From NCBI GenBank assembly GCA_937934305.1, contig CALHAG010000002.1, positions 13,263 to 77,262 on the forward strand: a DNA stretch of 64,000 bases. Direction: 5' to 3'. Source of the stretch: Candidatus Caldarchaeum subterraneum. GTDB taxonomy: Archaea; Thermoproteota; Nitrososphaeria_A; Caldarchaeales; Caldarchaeaceae. A program made the translations under genes and the position numbers. Of the stretch, positions 48,217 to 58,100 are shown piece after piece. Position 1 is the stretch's first letter. Every line of letters starts with the position of its first letter. The notes under the pieces are model-generated. The model was not told the DNA's origin. It was given only the letters and a program-made list of their open reading frames with translations, and made no database searches.

Positions 48217-48908
48217 AGCCGTCGATTAAGCCTCATCCACGTTTTGAAGGTGTTTATTTCGTCGAGGGGGTTGAGGGGCTTAGGCCTGCGACCAAGAGCT
48301 TGGACCCAGGGTTTCAGGTCTATGGTGAGGAGCTTGTCAAGGCAGGTGACGGGGAGTATCGTGTGTGGAACCCTTTCCGAAGCAAGCTTGCAGCCGCCAT
48401 CCTGAGGGATGTGAAGGAGATTTTCATACGACCCGGGTCAAGGGTTCTTTATCTCGGCTCCGCATCGGGGACAACTGTTTCACATGTCTCCGACATCGTG
48501 GGGCCGCGGGGGATTGTGTATGGCGTCGATTTTGCTCCAAAGGTTATGCAGCAGTTTATCCAGAAAGTTGCCGAGCGCAGGAGAAATGTTGTACCTATAT
48601 TGGCTGATGCGTCGAAGCCTGAGACCTATGCTCATCTCGTCGGTGTGGTGGACGTTATCTATGCTGATGTTGCGTGGCCTGCTCAAGCCGACCTCGTCGC
48701 CGCCAATGCGCGGCTTATGCTGCGGAAGGGAGGAGGTGTTTTGCTGGCTGTGAAGGCGCGGAGCATCGACAGCGTAGAGGAGCCGGGCAAGGTTGTAGAC
48801 CGAGAGGTGCGTACGCTTGCCTCTAGCGGGTTTGAGATAAGGGAGACTCTTGGGCTCGAGCCTTTTGAGAAGGACCATGTGATGGTTGCGGCGGTCTACC
48901 TTGGCTAA
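48213..48908 (+). CDS. flpA: fibrillarin-like rRNA/tRNA 2'-O-methyltransferase
   Basis: YRVWNPFRSKLAAAIL, VLYLGSASGTTVSHVSDIVG, IYADVA. ATGA-type overlap with nop5. Confidence 0.92.
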   Translation: MKPSIKPHPRFEGVYFVEGVEGLRPATKSLDPGFQVYGEELVKAGDGEYRVWNPFRSKLAAAILRDVKEIFIRPGSRVLYLGSASGTTVSHVSDIVGPRGIVYGVDFAPKVMQQFIQKVAERRRNVVPILADASKPETYAHLVGVVDVIYADVAWPAQADLVAANARLMLRKGGGVLLAVKARSIDSVEEPGKVVDREVRTLASSGFEIRETLGLEPFEKDHVMVAAVYLG

Positions 48909-49551
48909 GGGTTTGCTTTGCGGTGTTGATGAAGCAGGTAGAGGCTGTGTGGTCGGGCCTCTGGTTATCGCGGCTGTCGCCGCCGAGCGTGATGAACTAC
49001 CTCTGCTCAAGGCTTTGGGTGTGGCTGATTCGAAGACGCTTTCTCCGAGAAGACGTGAAGAGATTTTTGAGAAGCTGCGGACGAGTTTTCGGGTCGGGTA
49101 TATGGCGGTTACGCCGAGACGTATCTCCTCGTGTCTCAGGGTTAACGGCGGCGATGGGTTGAACGAGCTTGAATATGGTGTGATGGCGGAGCTTGTGCAG
49201 AGTTTTCGGCCGCGGATTTTGTTTGTTGATTCGCCTGACAGGGATGTGAGACGTGCTCGTCGGAGGCTTTTGGAGAAGCTTGAGATGGAGATGGATGTTA
49301 GGTGTATGGTGAAGGGTGATAGGCGGCATGTTTTGGTCGCCGCGGCCTCTATAGTTGCGAAAGTGGTGAGGGACAGGAAAGTGGAGATGCTACGGAGGCG
49401 GCTGGGCGACTTCGGCTCAGGGTATCCATCCGACCCGAAGACACGGAAATGGCTTCTCGAGAACCTTGGACAAGCAGCCATAAAACCATACATTCGCACG
49501 GGTTGGGCCACCCTTGAAAACCTCAGACAAACAAGGCTCGACGAGTTCTAG
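48886..49551 (+). CDS. rnhB: ribonuclease HII
   Basis: LCGVDEAGRGCVVGPLVIAAV. Confidence 0.9.
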   Translation: MRRSTLAKGLLCGVDEAGRGCVVGPLVIAAVAAERDELPLLKALGVADSKTLSPRRREEIFEKLRTSFRVGYMAVTPRRISSCLRVNGGDGLNELEYGVMAELVQSFRPRILFVDSPDRDVRRARRRLLEKLEMEMDVRCMVKGDRRHVLVAAASIVAKVVRDRKVEMLRRRLGDFGSGYPSDPKTRKWLLENLGQAAIKPYIRTGWATLENLRQTRLDEF

Positions 49552-50086
49552 GATAGCGGCGTTGACGGGCCGACCGGGTGTGGGCAAGACAACGGCGTTG
49601 ATGCGTGTTGTTGAGTTGCTTAGGAGAGACGGGTTCAGGGTTGGCGGGTTCTACACCCGTGAGCTGCGGGAGACGGGTGTGAGGAAAGGGTTTGAGGTCG
49701 TAGACATCGAGAGCGGTGAAACGGCGTTGCTTGCATCGGCTTCAGCTGGACCGGGCCCCCGCATAGGCAGATACGTCGTCATGCTCAGCAACTTAGAGAA
49801 GCTGGGAGTAGCATCTCTTGAAAAAAGCTTGGAGACCTGTGATGTTTTGGCGGTTGATGAGGTGGGGCCCATGGAGCTCCTCAGCAACAAATTCGTGGAA
49901 ACCGTTGAAAAAATTCTGCGGAGCGGCAAACCCTCGGTCTTCACCGTCCACGTCTCTGCCACACATCCCATAGCAGAATCCATAAGGAGATTGGCTGGGG
50001 AAAACCTCTATGTTCTCGACACGGTGAACAGGGATAGGGTTCCGCGGGTTATTTACGAGGTGGTGAAAAAGTGGCTGAGAAGCTGA
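49514..50086 (+). CDS. nucleoside-triphosphatase (THEP1/MJ1559-like P-loop NTPase)
   Basis: IAALTGRPGVGKTT (Walker A), DEVGPMEL (Walker B). True start possibly the TTG near 49561. Confidence 0.75.
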   Translation: MKTSDKQGSTSSRIAALTGRPGVGKTTALMRVVELLRRDGFRVGGFYTRELRETGVRKGFEVVDIESGETALLASASAGPGPRIGRYVVMLSNLEKLGVASLEKSLETCDVLAVDEVGPMELLSNKFVETVEKILRSGKPSVFTVHVSATHPIAESIRRLAGENLYVLDTVNRDRVPRVIYEVVKKWLRS

Positions 50087-51246
50087 GCTTGCTGCAGTCG
50101 CTGGATTTTCCCGCGAAATGGTACCGAGAGGGCCGTGTAGAGTTTGTTGCGCCCGTGTTTCCGACAACGAAGGTGGGTGAACCAGCTGCGCCGACACGTT
50201 CCCCTGTCTTTTACAACCCCTACTCTGCCCTGTCAAGAGATTTGACGGTTGTTTTGGCCAGAACGTTTGGAGAAGAGGTGGTGGCCGCGGAGCCTCTCGC
50301 CGGCTCGGGTGTGAGAGCCATTCGTCTGCTGGTTGAGACAACCACGGTCGCACGGGTTTTGATGAACGACATCAACCCAAACGCGGTTAAGGTCATGCGC
50401 CTCAATGCGGAGTGGAACAGTGTAGCCGAGAGGTGTGAGGTTTTCGAGGGGGATGCGGCTGTTTTTTTGACGAGGCTCAGCGGATGGCGGGACCGTGTTC
50501 AATATGTTGACGTGGACCCTGTAGGCGCACCTGTGAAGTTTGTGGAAAACAGTCTGCGTGCTGTTGCGAACGGCGGATACATCGGTGTCTCGGCCACCGA
50601 CCTTGCGCCTCTTGTTGGAAACCATCCCGAGACATGCTTCAGAAAATATGGGCTATTCTCTGGAAAAACCTTTTTCGCTAAAGAAGCGGCCATCCGCCTC
50701 CTTGCATCATTCGTCATAATGCGTGGGGCCTCGTTGAACATTGCGGCAACCCCTGTTCTCAGCGTCCAGCACAGACATTTTGTCCGCGTTTTTTTCCACG
50801 TCCTACGCGGCAGGTCACGTGTAATCAAGCTGCTCGAGAAGATGGGCTGGATAAAAGCCTGCAAATGCCTACATAGCGAGACCCATCCGCTGCATGATTT
50901 TCCAGCCAAAATTTGTCCGAGATGCGGAGGCGAGGCGGCTGTTGTAGGGCCTGCTTGGCTGGGGCCATTGCACAGCGGAGAACTGGTTGAGAAGATGCTT
51001 TCACAGTCTAATGATTTGCCGAAGGCTCGGAAAATTTTGGAGAGAATAAGCGGAGAGGTCGATGTTGTGGGCTACTATCCAGTGGATAGGATAGCTCATG
51101 TCAATGGTTCGACTCCTCGGTCGCCGATAGTTCTTGTGGCTTCTTTAAGGTCGATGGGTTACCGGGCCTCTCTGACACATGTGGACCCGACGGCTGTTAA
51201 GACTGATGCTCCTCTTGAGGATGTGCTGCGGGCCGCTGCTGGCTGA
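50071..51246 (+). CDS. trm1: tRNA (guanine26-N2)-dimethyltransferase Trm1
   Basis: 391 aa, ...VDVDPVGAPVKFVE..., C-terminal CxxC...CPRCGG. Confidence 0.85.
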   Translation: MAEKLSLLQSLDFPAKWYREGRVEFVAPVFPTTKVGEPAAPTRSPVFYNPYSALSRDLTVVLARTFGEEVVAAEPLAGSGVRAIRLLVETTTVARVLMNDINPNAVKVMRLNAEWNSVAERCEVFEGDAAVFLTRLSGWRDRVQYVDVDPVGAPVKFVENSLRAVANGGYIGVSATDLAPLVGNHPETCFRKYGLFSGKTFFAKEAAIRLLASFVIMRGASLNIAATPVLSVQHRHFVRVFFHVLRGRSRVIKLLEKMGWIKACKCLHSETHPLHDFPAKICPRCGGEAAVVGPAWLGPLHSGELVEKMLSQSNDLPKARKILERISGEVDVVGYYPVDRIAHVNGSTPRSPIVLVASLRSMGYRASLTHVDPTAVKTDAPLEDVLRAAAG

Positions 51247-51873
51247 GCCTCCGCCTCGCCGGGCCTCTGTAGCCGAGGCCGAGTAGAAAGATTTCGCTGC
51301 TACCTTTCTTGGTTGACCGTGGCACATACCGCTCAACCCTCCAGAAACACGTCATCATCTTCCTCTCGAAAACTCTTAGACGGGGATGCTCGAAGGCCTT
51401 GAACACGGCGTTTCCTCCCCTGCGGAGAAACCTGTGGCAGAGGCTGAGGGATGCCTCGAGGAGGTCTAATTGCTGTTCGACCAATAGGTCATAGTCTCCC
51501 GAGTGATGGGGAGAGAGGTCGGAGACCACGACATCGAAAAACCCCTGGCCCAAAGCTGTTTGAACATCTTTCGTCAACCGGGCTTCATAGATGTCAGTCT
51601 GTATTGGGACAATGTTAGGCCTTATGAGCTGAAGCGGCTCCCTGTCCACTGCCACGACCAGCCCTTTCTCGCCGACGATGTCTGACGCGACCGCCGCCAT
51701 GCCTCCCGGCGCTGCCCCTAGGTCCAGCACCCTATATCCCTCGCGGATAATTTTCCACCGTCTCTGTATTTCGAGGAGCTTGAAGGCGGCGCGTGATGGA
51801 TAACCCAGTTCCTTGGCTCTCCGCCAATAGGGGTCCTCTCTCCTCCGCTGAAGCCACTGTTCCTTCGTCAAAT
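51197..51873 (-). CDS. rlmE: 23S rRNA U2552 2'-O-methyltransferase RlmE/FtsJ
   Basis: DPYWRRAKELGYPSRAAFKL, VLDLGAAPGGMAAV, VVSDLSP. Start taken as TTG at 51873-51871, directly abutting the upstream wHTH gene stop. Confidence 0.85.
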
Positions 51874-52220
51874 TACTTCCGGCCGCTAAGCCACTCCTCG
51901 AGCAGTATGCATGTTTTGTAGTGGTGTTCGCCTCTTGGGCCACAGACGTTGTCATACACGCATGAGGGGCATGGCACGCCGATGAGCGGCTCTATGTTTA
52001 TCTGCTTGATAAGAGGGACAAGCCTCCGGGTCCATCTGTCGTTGCTGAAAGCCTTAACCCGTTTAATGTAGCCTTTACGCTCCAGCTTAATACCTATCCT
52101 CGAGCCTTCGCGGCTCGTCACACCAAGCTTATGCCACAGCTCCGACTGAAGCATCCCAACCTCGTTCTGCATCAACAGGGCTAACGCCTTCTCCTCCAGC
52201 TTAGAAAGCTTCGCGGGCAA
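51874..52220 (-). CDS. winged-helix DNA-binding protein with C-terminal Cys/His cluster (putative regulator)
   Basis: 115 aa, KALALLMQNEVGMLQSELWHKLGVTSREGSRIGIKLERKGYIKR (wHTH-like), then CPSC...C...HH. Confidence 0.4.
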
Positions 52221-52278
52221 GTTTATCCAAAATCATATATAGTGACCGCCTATTCATAAAGATGTCTCCCTTTAGCGG

Positions 52279-53070
52279 CTATGGGTTGTTGATTGATTCG
52301 AGGAGGGCTATGGCTTTGCGGAGAGTTAGGACGCTGACTCCCGCTGCTTCGGAGACTGTGCTAAGCGGTTTCTTAACCCCTTCTCGGCGGCAGGCGAGGT
52401 AGACGGCGGCCGCGGATATGGCGGCGGGCTTTCTGCCCGAGATTTTTCCCGAACTGGCCGCGGATTGGTAGATTCTGCAGGCTGTGTTGGCCGTGGTCTG
52501 CGGCAGCTCCAGCGTTCTCGTCAGCTTGTCTATGAGGGCCGCGACGTTGAAGGGTTTAAGCCTTAAGTTGAGGCCGAAAACAAGCCTTGATACCTCGCGG
52601 TTGAGCTGGTTGAGCGGAACATCTGCCGCCGAGGCAATCTCCTCCATGGATTTGCAGAGGCCGTTGTTGTTGGCTGACAGGTAAACAAGAGCGGCTGCGG
52701 CTGGTCTTCTAGAACGCTTGACCAGTTTCGAGAAAACAGCTTTTCTCGCCAGCTCGCCCGCTCCCTCTGCAGCTTGACGCGGCAAACCAATTTTGTCAGC
52801 TATCCAGAAAACTTCGCTCAGCAAACGGGTCAGCAGCCTCTCTTCAGAGGAGAGCAGACGGCCCTTGCTGATTGTCCCTATGCCTCCGTCGTGGAGAAGG
52901 CTTGTAACCCTTGGCCCCACGCCGCCACGGCTGTCGAGCAGCATCTTTTTCGTGGGGGTTGTTGACGTTGTTCTCTCCGCCACCACTGCTCCGCAGATGC
53001 TGCAGAAAAGCTCACCCGACACAGGGTCATTGACGAGAGAAGGTTCTCCACATTGGGGACACGTGTTCAG
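52279..53070 (-). CDS. tfb: transcription initiation factor IIB (TFB) family protein; start codon unresolved
   Basis: Two cyclin-like repeats. The zinc ribbon TCPQCGEPSLVNDPVSGELFCSICG is encoded in-frame upstream of the tracked GTG start (53022). No ATG/GTG/TTG lies between the in-frame stop and the ribbon. Confidence 0.8.
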   Translation of the reverse strand: MNTCPQCGEPSLVNDPVSGELFCSICGAVVAERTTSTTPTKKMLLDSRGGVGPRVTSLLHDGGIGTISKGRLLSSEERLLTRLLSEVFWIADKIGLPRQAAEGAGELARKAVFSKLVKRSRRPAAAALVYLSANNNGLCKSMEEIASAADVPLNQLNREVSRLVFGLNLRLKPFNVAALIDKLTRTLELPQTTANTACRIYQSAASSGKISGRKPAAISAAAVYLACRREGVKKPLSTVSEAAGVSVLTLRKAIALLESINNP

Positions 53071-53315
53071 CTCTTCTCTACGTATAGCGCCTCACCCTCC
53101 ACAACCTCGGCCTCCGCGGCGGGCTTAACAGCTACATACGGAGACGCCACCGGCCCGAAAATGTTTGATACATAACCAACCTCCCGTCCCTTGCCGTTGT
53201 ATACCTTGTCACCGAGCCGTGGCACCGTGTAGGCCCTGATGACGAGATAGTCTCTGCGGCTGTGGAGGACTTCTCCGAGAAGCTTCAGCCTTCGCAGCGT
53301 CTGTCTATTTACCAT
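53067..53315 (-). CDS. gar1: H/ACA RNP protein Gar1
   Basis: 82 aa, KLLGEVLHSRRDYLVIRA...KVYNGKGREVGYVSNIFGPVASPYVAVKP. Confidence 0.85.
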   Translation of the reverse strand: MVNRQTLRRLKLLGEVLHSRRDYLVIRAYTVPRLGDKVYNGKGREVGYVSNIFGPVASPYVAVKPAAEAEVVEGEALYVEKS

Positions 53316-53592
53316 GTTTCCGCAGCTCCTCAGCCACCATCTTGAGAAACATGTTCTTAGACATCTTGGGCCGCGGCTTCACAACAACGTAGCCTGTTCT
53401 CCTGCTCCATCTCCGTGGATAAGCGGCATCAGTCTTCTCAACCTCGTAGCCAAGCCTCTTACACGCTGCCGCCAAATCATCCGCCGAAGGCCTCTGAACA
53501 GCGAGACCCCGTGAAACACGACGCCCCTGTTTACGGCTGCTCTTAGAATCGAAGTAAACAGGCCACAGGATTAAGCCTTCACGTCTGATCAA
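53305..53592 (-). CDS. srp19: signal recognition particle protein SRP19
   Basis: ILWPVYFDSKSSRKQGRRV. Confidence 0.85.
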   Translation of the reverse strand: MIRREGLILWPVYFDSKSSRKQGRRVSRGLAVQRPSADDLAAACKRLGYEVEKTDAAYPRRWSRRTGYVVVKPRPKMSKNMFLKMVAEELRKHGK

Positions 53593-53978
53593 GCCCCTCC
53601 CTGCTTCACCAATACGGCGTTGACTGTGCCGTCTTGTCCGGGTCTTGACGTGACTCTTGCCAAGCCCTCAGGTGTCTCTATTAACGCGCCTTTTGTGATT
53701 ACTTTTCTTCTGTCGTAGTCTCTGTTGCTGGGGTTGGATACTACGCGTAGTATCTCGAGACGCTTGACCACGGAGCCGACGACGACGTTGGCTGTTTTCG
53801 TCGACAAAGCGGCTGCCTTGAGGTTTCCTCCCAATGCTCTCCGTGTAACCACTTTCTGCTCTCCCAGGGAAACGAGGTTTATCTCGCCGCCACGTTCTCT
53901 TTTTCTCCTACCCCTCGCTGGATGAGCTTTTGCCCCCGTCTTTTTGCGTTTGTGAAGGTCGCTGTGCCACTGAACCAT
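53589..53978 (-). CDS. rps8e: 30S ribosomal protein S8e
   Basis: ...GGNLKAAALSTKTANVV...ITKGALIETPEGLARVTSRPGQDGTVNAVLV. Confidence 0.85.
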   Translation of the reverse strand: MVQWHSDLHKRKKTGAKAHPARGRRKRERGGEINLVSLGEQKVVTRRALGGNLKAAALSTKTANVVVGSVVKRLEILRVVSNPSNRDYDRRKVITKGALIETPEGLARVTSRPGQDGTVNAVLVKQGGA

Positions 53979-54519
53979 TCTGCTTCTTCAGAGTTGAAGC
54001 ATGTTTTATACTTGTTTCGCCTCCTGAGGCCAGCATCTTATCTATCAGCGACTTGATTGCGGATGGGGTGTTCTCCACGCCGAAAAAGTCTGCGAAGAGC
54101 CGCGAGGTTCTGAGAACAGATGTGCGGCCTTTTTTCTCAGACTCGACCAACCCTCTTTCCTGAAGTATCTTGATTTGTCTGTAGCTGTCTTTTCCACGTA
54201 TAGCTGCCAACGTTGAAAGAGGTATGGGCTGGTAGTATGCGATTGTCGCCAGTGTTTTGAGGACACCGTGTGGAAGCATTTTGCGGCGTGTGTATTTTTT
54301 GACCTGGGCTGCGAGGTCGGGCCTTAGCCGCATATAGTATCTTCCTCCGTCCAGCTCAACAATCTCTACAGCTCTTCCGCTGTATTCGTTCTTCAGCGTC
54401 TCGACAATTTTCCGAACCTTTTCAGGAGACCTTGTCCTGAGGGCTCGCTGCAGCGTCTTGATGTCCACGGGTTTGTCTGATGCGAAGAGAAGAGCCTCAG
54501 CCACCAGCTTGCTGTCCAT
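53908..54519 (-). CDS. scpB: segregation and condensation protein B (ScpB)
   Basis: Tandem winged-helix pattern EALLFASDKPV...LVESEKKGRTSVLRTS. 71-nt overlap with the rps8e start. Confidence 0.8.
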   Translation of the reverse strand: MDSKLVAEALLFASDKPVDIKTLQRALRTRSPEKVRKIVETLKNEYSGRAVEIVELDGGRYYMRLRPDLAAQVKKYTRRKMLPHGVLKTLATIAYYQPIPLSTLAAIRGKDSYRQIKILQERGLVESEKKGRTSVLRTSRLFADFFGVENTPSAIKSLIDKMLASGGETSIKHASTLKKQNGSVAQRPSQTQKDGGKSSSSEG

Positions 54520-55186
54520 CTGAGGCTCCAAAAAGCTCACCCCCGAGTATGACGAGGTCGCTGAACTCATCGGCTTGTAGAAGCATCACATAGCGGCGCG
54601 CGGCTGCGAAGAGCAGAAGAATGAAGGTTTTCGCGGCTTCGAGACGGGGCATTCCCTCGACAAGCTCGGAGAAGGTGATAGACGTTCTCACACTGAAAAT
54701 TTCTCTCAGCTTCTCGAGAAACTTGTCAAGCTCTTCCTCAATCTTGACGATGAACTCGTTGAGTATCAACCTGTTCTCCATTATCTGGGGTGGCGCGGCC
54801 TCGGTTTTGCTGCGGCCAGATTGTGAAAGAGCTTTTTGAAGAGCTGTCACAATTTCCTGTAACGTTGCTGTGATTAGCTCGGGTTTGAAGGGAAGCTCGA
54901 TAGGGGGCATGATGTTTATCTCGGGCTTGGGCTTGGGTTTGGGCGGCTGGTCTGCTTGGAGAAGCTTCTCGCTCTTTATCCGATGTATTATTGCGGCCGA
55001 GTGGACAGCTATTCCGCAGATGTTGAAGTCTATGTAGCCTTGGACGCGGAGAACCTGCGCAAACTCCGTCAAAACCTCCGAGAGCCTGACCTCCCACACC
55101 TTCACCCTATCCAGCCGCGTTACATCAAACAGTATACGCCAAGGAGCCGTCATCAATTGCTCAGCAAAACCATTATCCAGCCTCAA
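54497..55186 (-). CDS. scpA: segregation and condensation protein A (ScpA kleisin)
   Basis: 229 aa, located between smc and scpB. Confidence 0.8.
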   Translation of the reverse strand: MRLDNGFAEQLMTAPWRILFDVTRLDRVKVWEVRLSEVLTEFAQVLRVQGYIDFNICGIAVHSAAIIHRIKSEKLLQADQPPKPKPKPEINIMPPIELPFKPELITATLQEIVTALQKALSQSGRSKTEAAPPQIMENRLILNEFIVKIEEELDKFLEKLREIFSVRTSITFSELVEGMPRLEAAKTFILLLFAAARRYVMLLQADEFSDLVILGGELFGASDGQQAGG

Positions 55187-58100
55187 CCACCTCGCTCAAC
55201 CGTGTCCTAACAACTTGAGAAGACTCGTTAACCATGTAGACACCAAACAGCGCATCAGCCTGCTCCGCGATAATGTCCTTCAAAGTGATGATTATTATCT
55301 GTTTCTTGGTGGACATCTTCTTTAAAAGGTTGACCAGGTTTTTGACGTATACGACGTCTAGGTGGGCGTCGATTTCGTCGAAGATGTAGAACTGGGCGGG
55401 TGTAAGGTCCTGCAACGCGAGTATCAACGCAACAGCCGAGACCGATTTCTCTCCACCGCTTATCGAGACAGTGCTACGTGTCTGTTTCCCGACAAACTTG
55501 ACAAGCATCTCTACCCCTGAGTTAAGCGGGTCATCAGGGTTTTCAAGCTTGAGGAAACCCTCGCCACCAGTCAACTGGTTAAAGTAGAAGCTGAAACTAT
55601 CCGAAACTCTCTCCAAGGCTCTCCGGAACGCGTCAACCTCCTCCCTGTTAATCGACTCAATCAGGTCGAGTATGCGTTTCCTCTCCATCTCGAGCTCGTT
55701 TATCCTTGTTGAGCGGAGACGATAGTTTTCTACTATGCTGTCATACTGCATCGCCGCAAGCTGGTTGACTACCGGTATCTCTGCTACCTCGGTTTCGAGA
55801 TGCGGAATTAGTTCAAGTGGAAGAGATGTCTCAGCTTCCTCACCTGAGCCGAAGCTCTGAAGCCGTTCCCCGATAGACTTGAGGGTGGTCTCTATGCGGA
55901 CTCTCTCTATTGCCAGGTTGTTGTTCTCCCTCTCAAGCGCAGAAACCTCGTTTAACAAGATGGAGAGGTTCTGCTCGAGCTGCTTAACCTCTTTACTCTT
56001 CTCCACGAGAGCCTCTGTGAGCTGGCTCAACTCATTGTCCATCTTCTCCTTCATCTCACTGGCCTCGGCTATTTTCTGGTCCAGCTCCTCTATCCTGACA
56101 CGGAGTTGCTCAAGCTCCTCGGCGAGCTCGCGTTCACGCAGGGCAATTTGCTCAAACTCTTTCTCGGAGCTGGCAAGCGACTCCTCTATGTTTCTAAGCT
56201 CAATCAAAATCCTGTCCCTCTCTCTTTCGGCGTTCACATATACCCGGTATGTTGTGGATGATTCCTGTGATTTTCGTCGCATGTCTTCCTCAGCTCTCCG
56301 CAGCGCCTGTTTCTTCTCGGCCACCATCTGTCTTAGATGGGTCAGGGCCGTTATCTCATCCGTCTTGTCTGACAGCAGCTGCGTCAGCTTCTCTTTTTCT
56401 TGAACCAGTCGTGAGACCTCTTCCTCGAGTTGGTTGAGACGTTGGACGCTGTTTTCCACGGATTTGGAGAGGTTGTTTAGCTCTGTCTCGAGACGGGTTT
56501 TCTCAAGAGCCTTTATGTTTAGTTGACGCCTCGTCTCCTCCATCTCGGCCTCTGTCTCTCTAAGACGTTTTTCAGCAAGCTTGGCCTCCCTGTCAAAAGC
56601 CTCCCTCGCGTTTAGGAGTTTGGCCTCAACGGCTTCGAGCCTTTCCATGCTACGGTTTACACGCTCGGCTGCAACAGCCTCGCTCATCTCACCGGCGACA
56701 CTGATTATCGCCGGGTCACCCACGTAGACACCGTCCATCGTGGCAACATCTCTGTCGCCTGGTTGAAGCTGTTTCACAGACTCCACAACCCTAAACCCTA
56801 CACCATGGGTCAAGGCCTTCACCAGCGAATCAAGGTCGAGAGAATCGGCGACAATCTTCAGCGGAATCTTCTTCTCAGCAGCCTCCCTCGCCAGCGACAG
56901 ACCCGCTTCAGCATCGGCGACATAAACAGCGTTAAGCCAATCGCCGAGAACAGCCCGATGAACCCCCGAGAGCCTCTCTCCAAATACTTCACGCACCGTT
57001 CTGAGTCCGCTTGATTTCCTATCCTCTTTCACCGCTGTCTGCAGCGTTTCGAGGAGCTGTTGTCCAGCGGCCTTGAGCAGACGTGTCTTCTCTATGAGTT
57101 TGTCGATTGAAGCGATTTTTTCTCGGCTGTTTTCGAGTTCTCGCCGGATGTTTTTTGCGGTGTTTATCTGTGTTTCATGAAGTTGTGAAAGCTGTTCCAT
57201 CGATTCGATTAGGCGGGTTAGTTGCTCGTTTTTTTCGCTGAGGATGTTTCTGGTTTCTGCGAGCTTTTTTTCAGCCTCCTCCTTCTCGTGTTGTCTGTGT
57301 GTTAGCTGTTTCTGGATGTTGTCAAGGAGTAGGGATTTGCCGTCGTCGCTTAGCTTGAGGAAACGCAGCTCCTCAACCTTTGCCGCATAACGGTTCTCAA
57401 CCTCGTCAACCTCTTTCTGAAGCTCTTCGAGAAGCTTTTTGGACTCGTTGTACTCCGCCTCTTTGAATGCCCATTGTTCACGTAGATTTTCCACCTGTTG
57501 TGTTTTCTTCTCAAATTCTTCTTTGAGCTGGCTTTGTCTCTCCCGCCACTTGGCTACACGCGTCTCCAGAGACCTGCGCTGTAGGTCCAGCTGTTTCAAC
57601 GCGTTTTCCGCAGAGTTTTTCTCAGCTATTTTCCGCGATTTCTCCGTCTCTAGACTGAGGACAGCCCGGTCTATTTTGCTGACCTCGGCGGCCAATTCCC
57701 GCCGCCTCCTCTCAAGCTCCTCAGCCTCGTTCTTCAGAGCAGCGGCCCGGGCCCGAACATGCTCGGCTTCAGCCTGTTTCTCCGCAAGCTTGTTCAACAG
57801 CTCCGCCGCCCGTGCATCAAGCTCTTTCAAAGCCTGTGCATGAGAGTTGTACTCGTTAATCAGGGAGAGTGATTTCAAACTGTTTAGGATTTTTTCGGAG
57901 AGGGTTTTCCGTAGAAGCTGGTTGCGCTCCAGCTCTAGTTGTTTAACGCGTGACCTTACCTCTGATGTTGCAGCTTTAGCGATGTCGATGTTTTTCTGCG
58001 CTATTTCAAGCTCTTTATGGGCCTCGTCGCGTCTCTTCTTGTAGCCCGATATTCCCGCTGCGTCCTCCAAAACCTCCCTCAGCTCCCTGCTGGTCATCTC

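Noticed and set aside
48480-49511. 343-aa minus-strand ORF antisense to fibrillarin and RNase HII
   Set aside because: Low-complexity Ser/Arg/Leu-rich translation. The sense-strand genes are unambiguous.
55879-58044. Ser-rich plus-strand ORFs antisense to smc
   Set aside because: Mirror-frame artefacts of coiled-coil coding sequence (Glu/Leu/Lys codons read in reverse).
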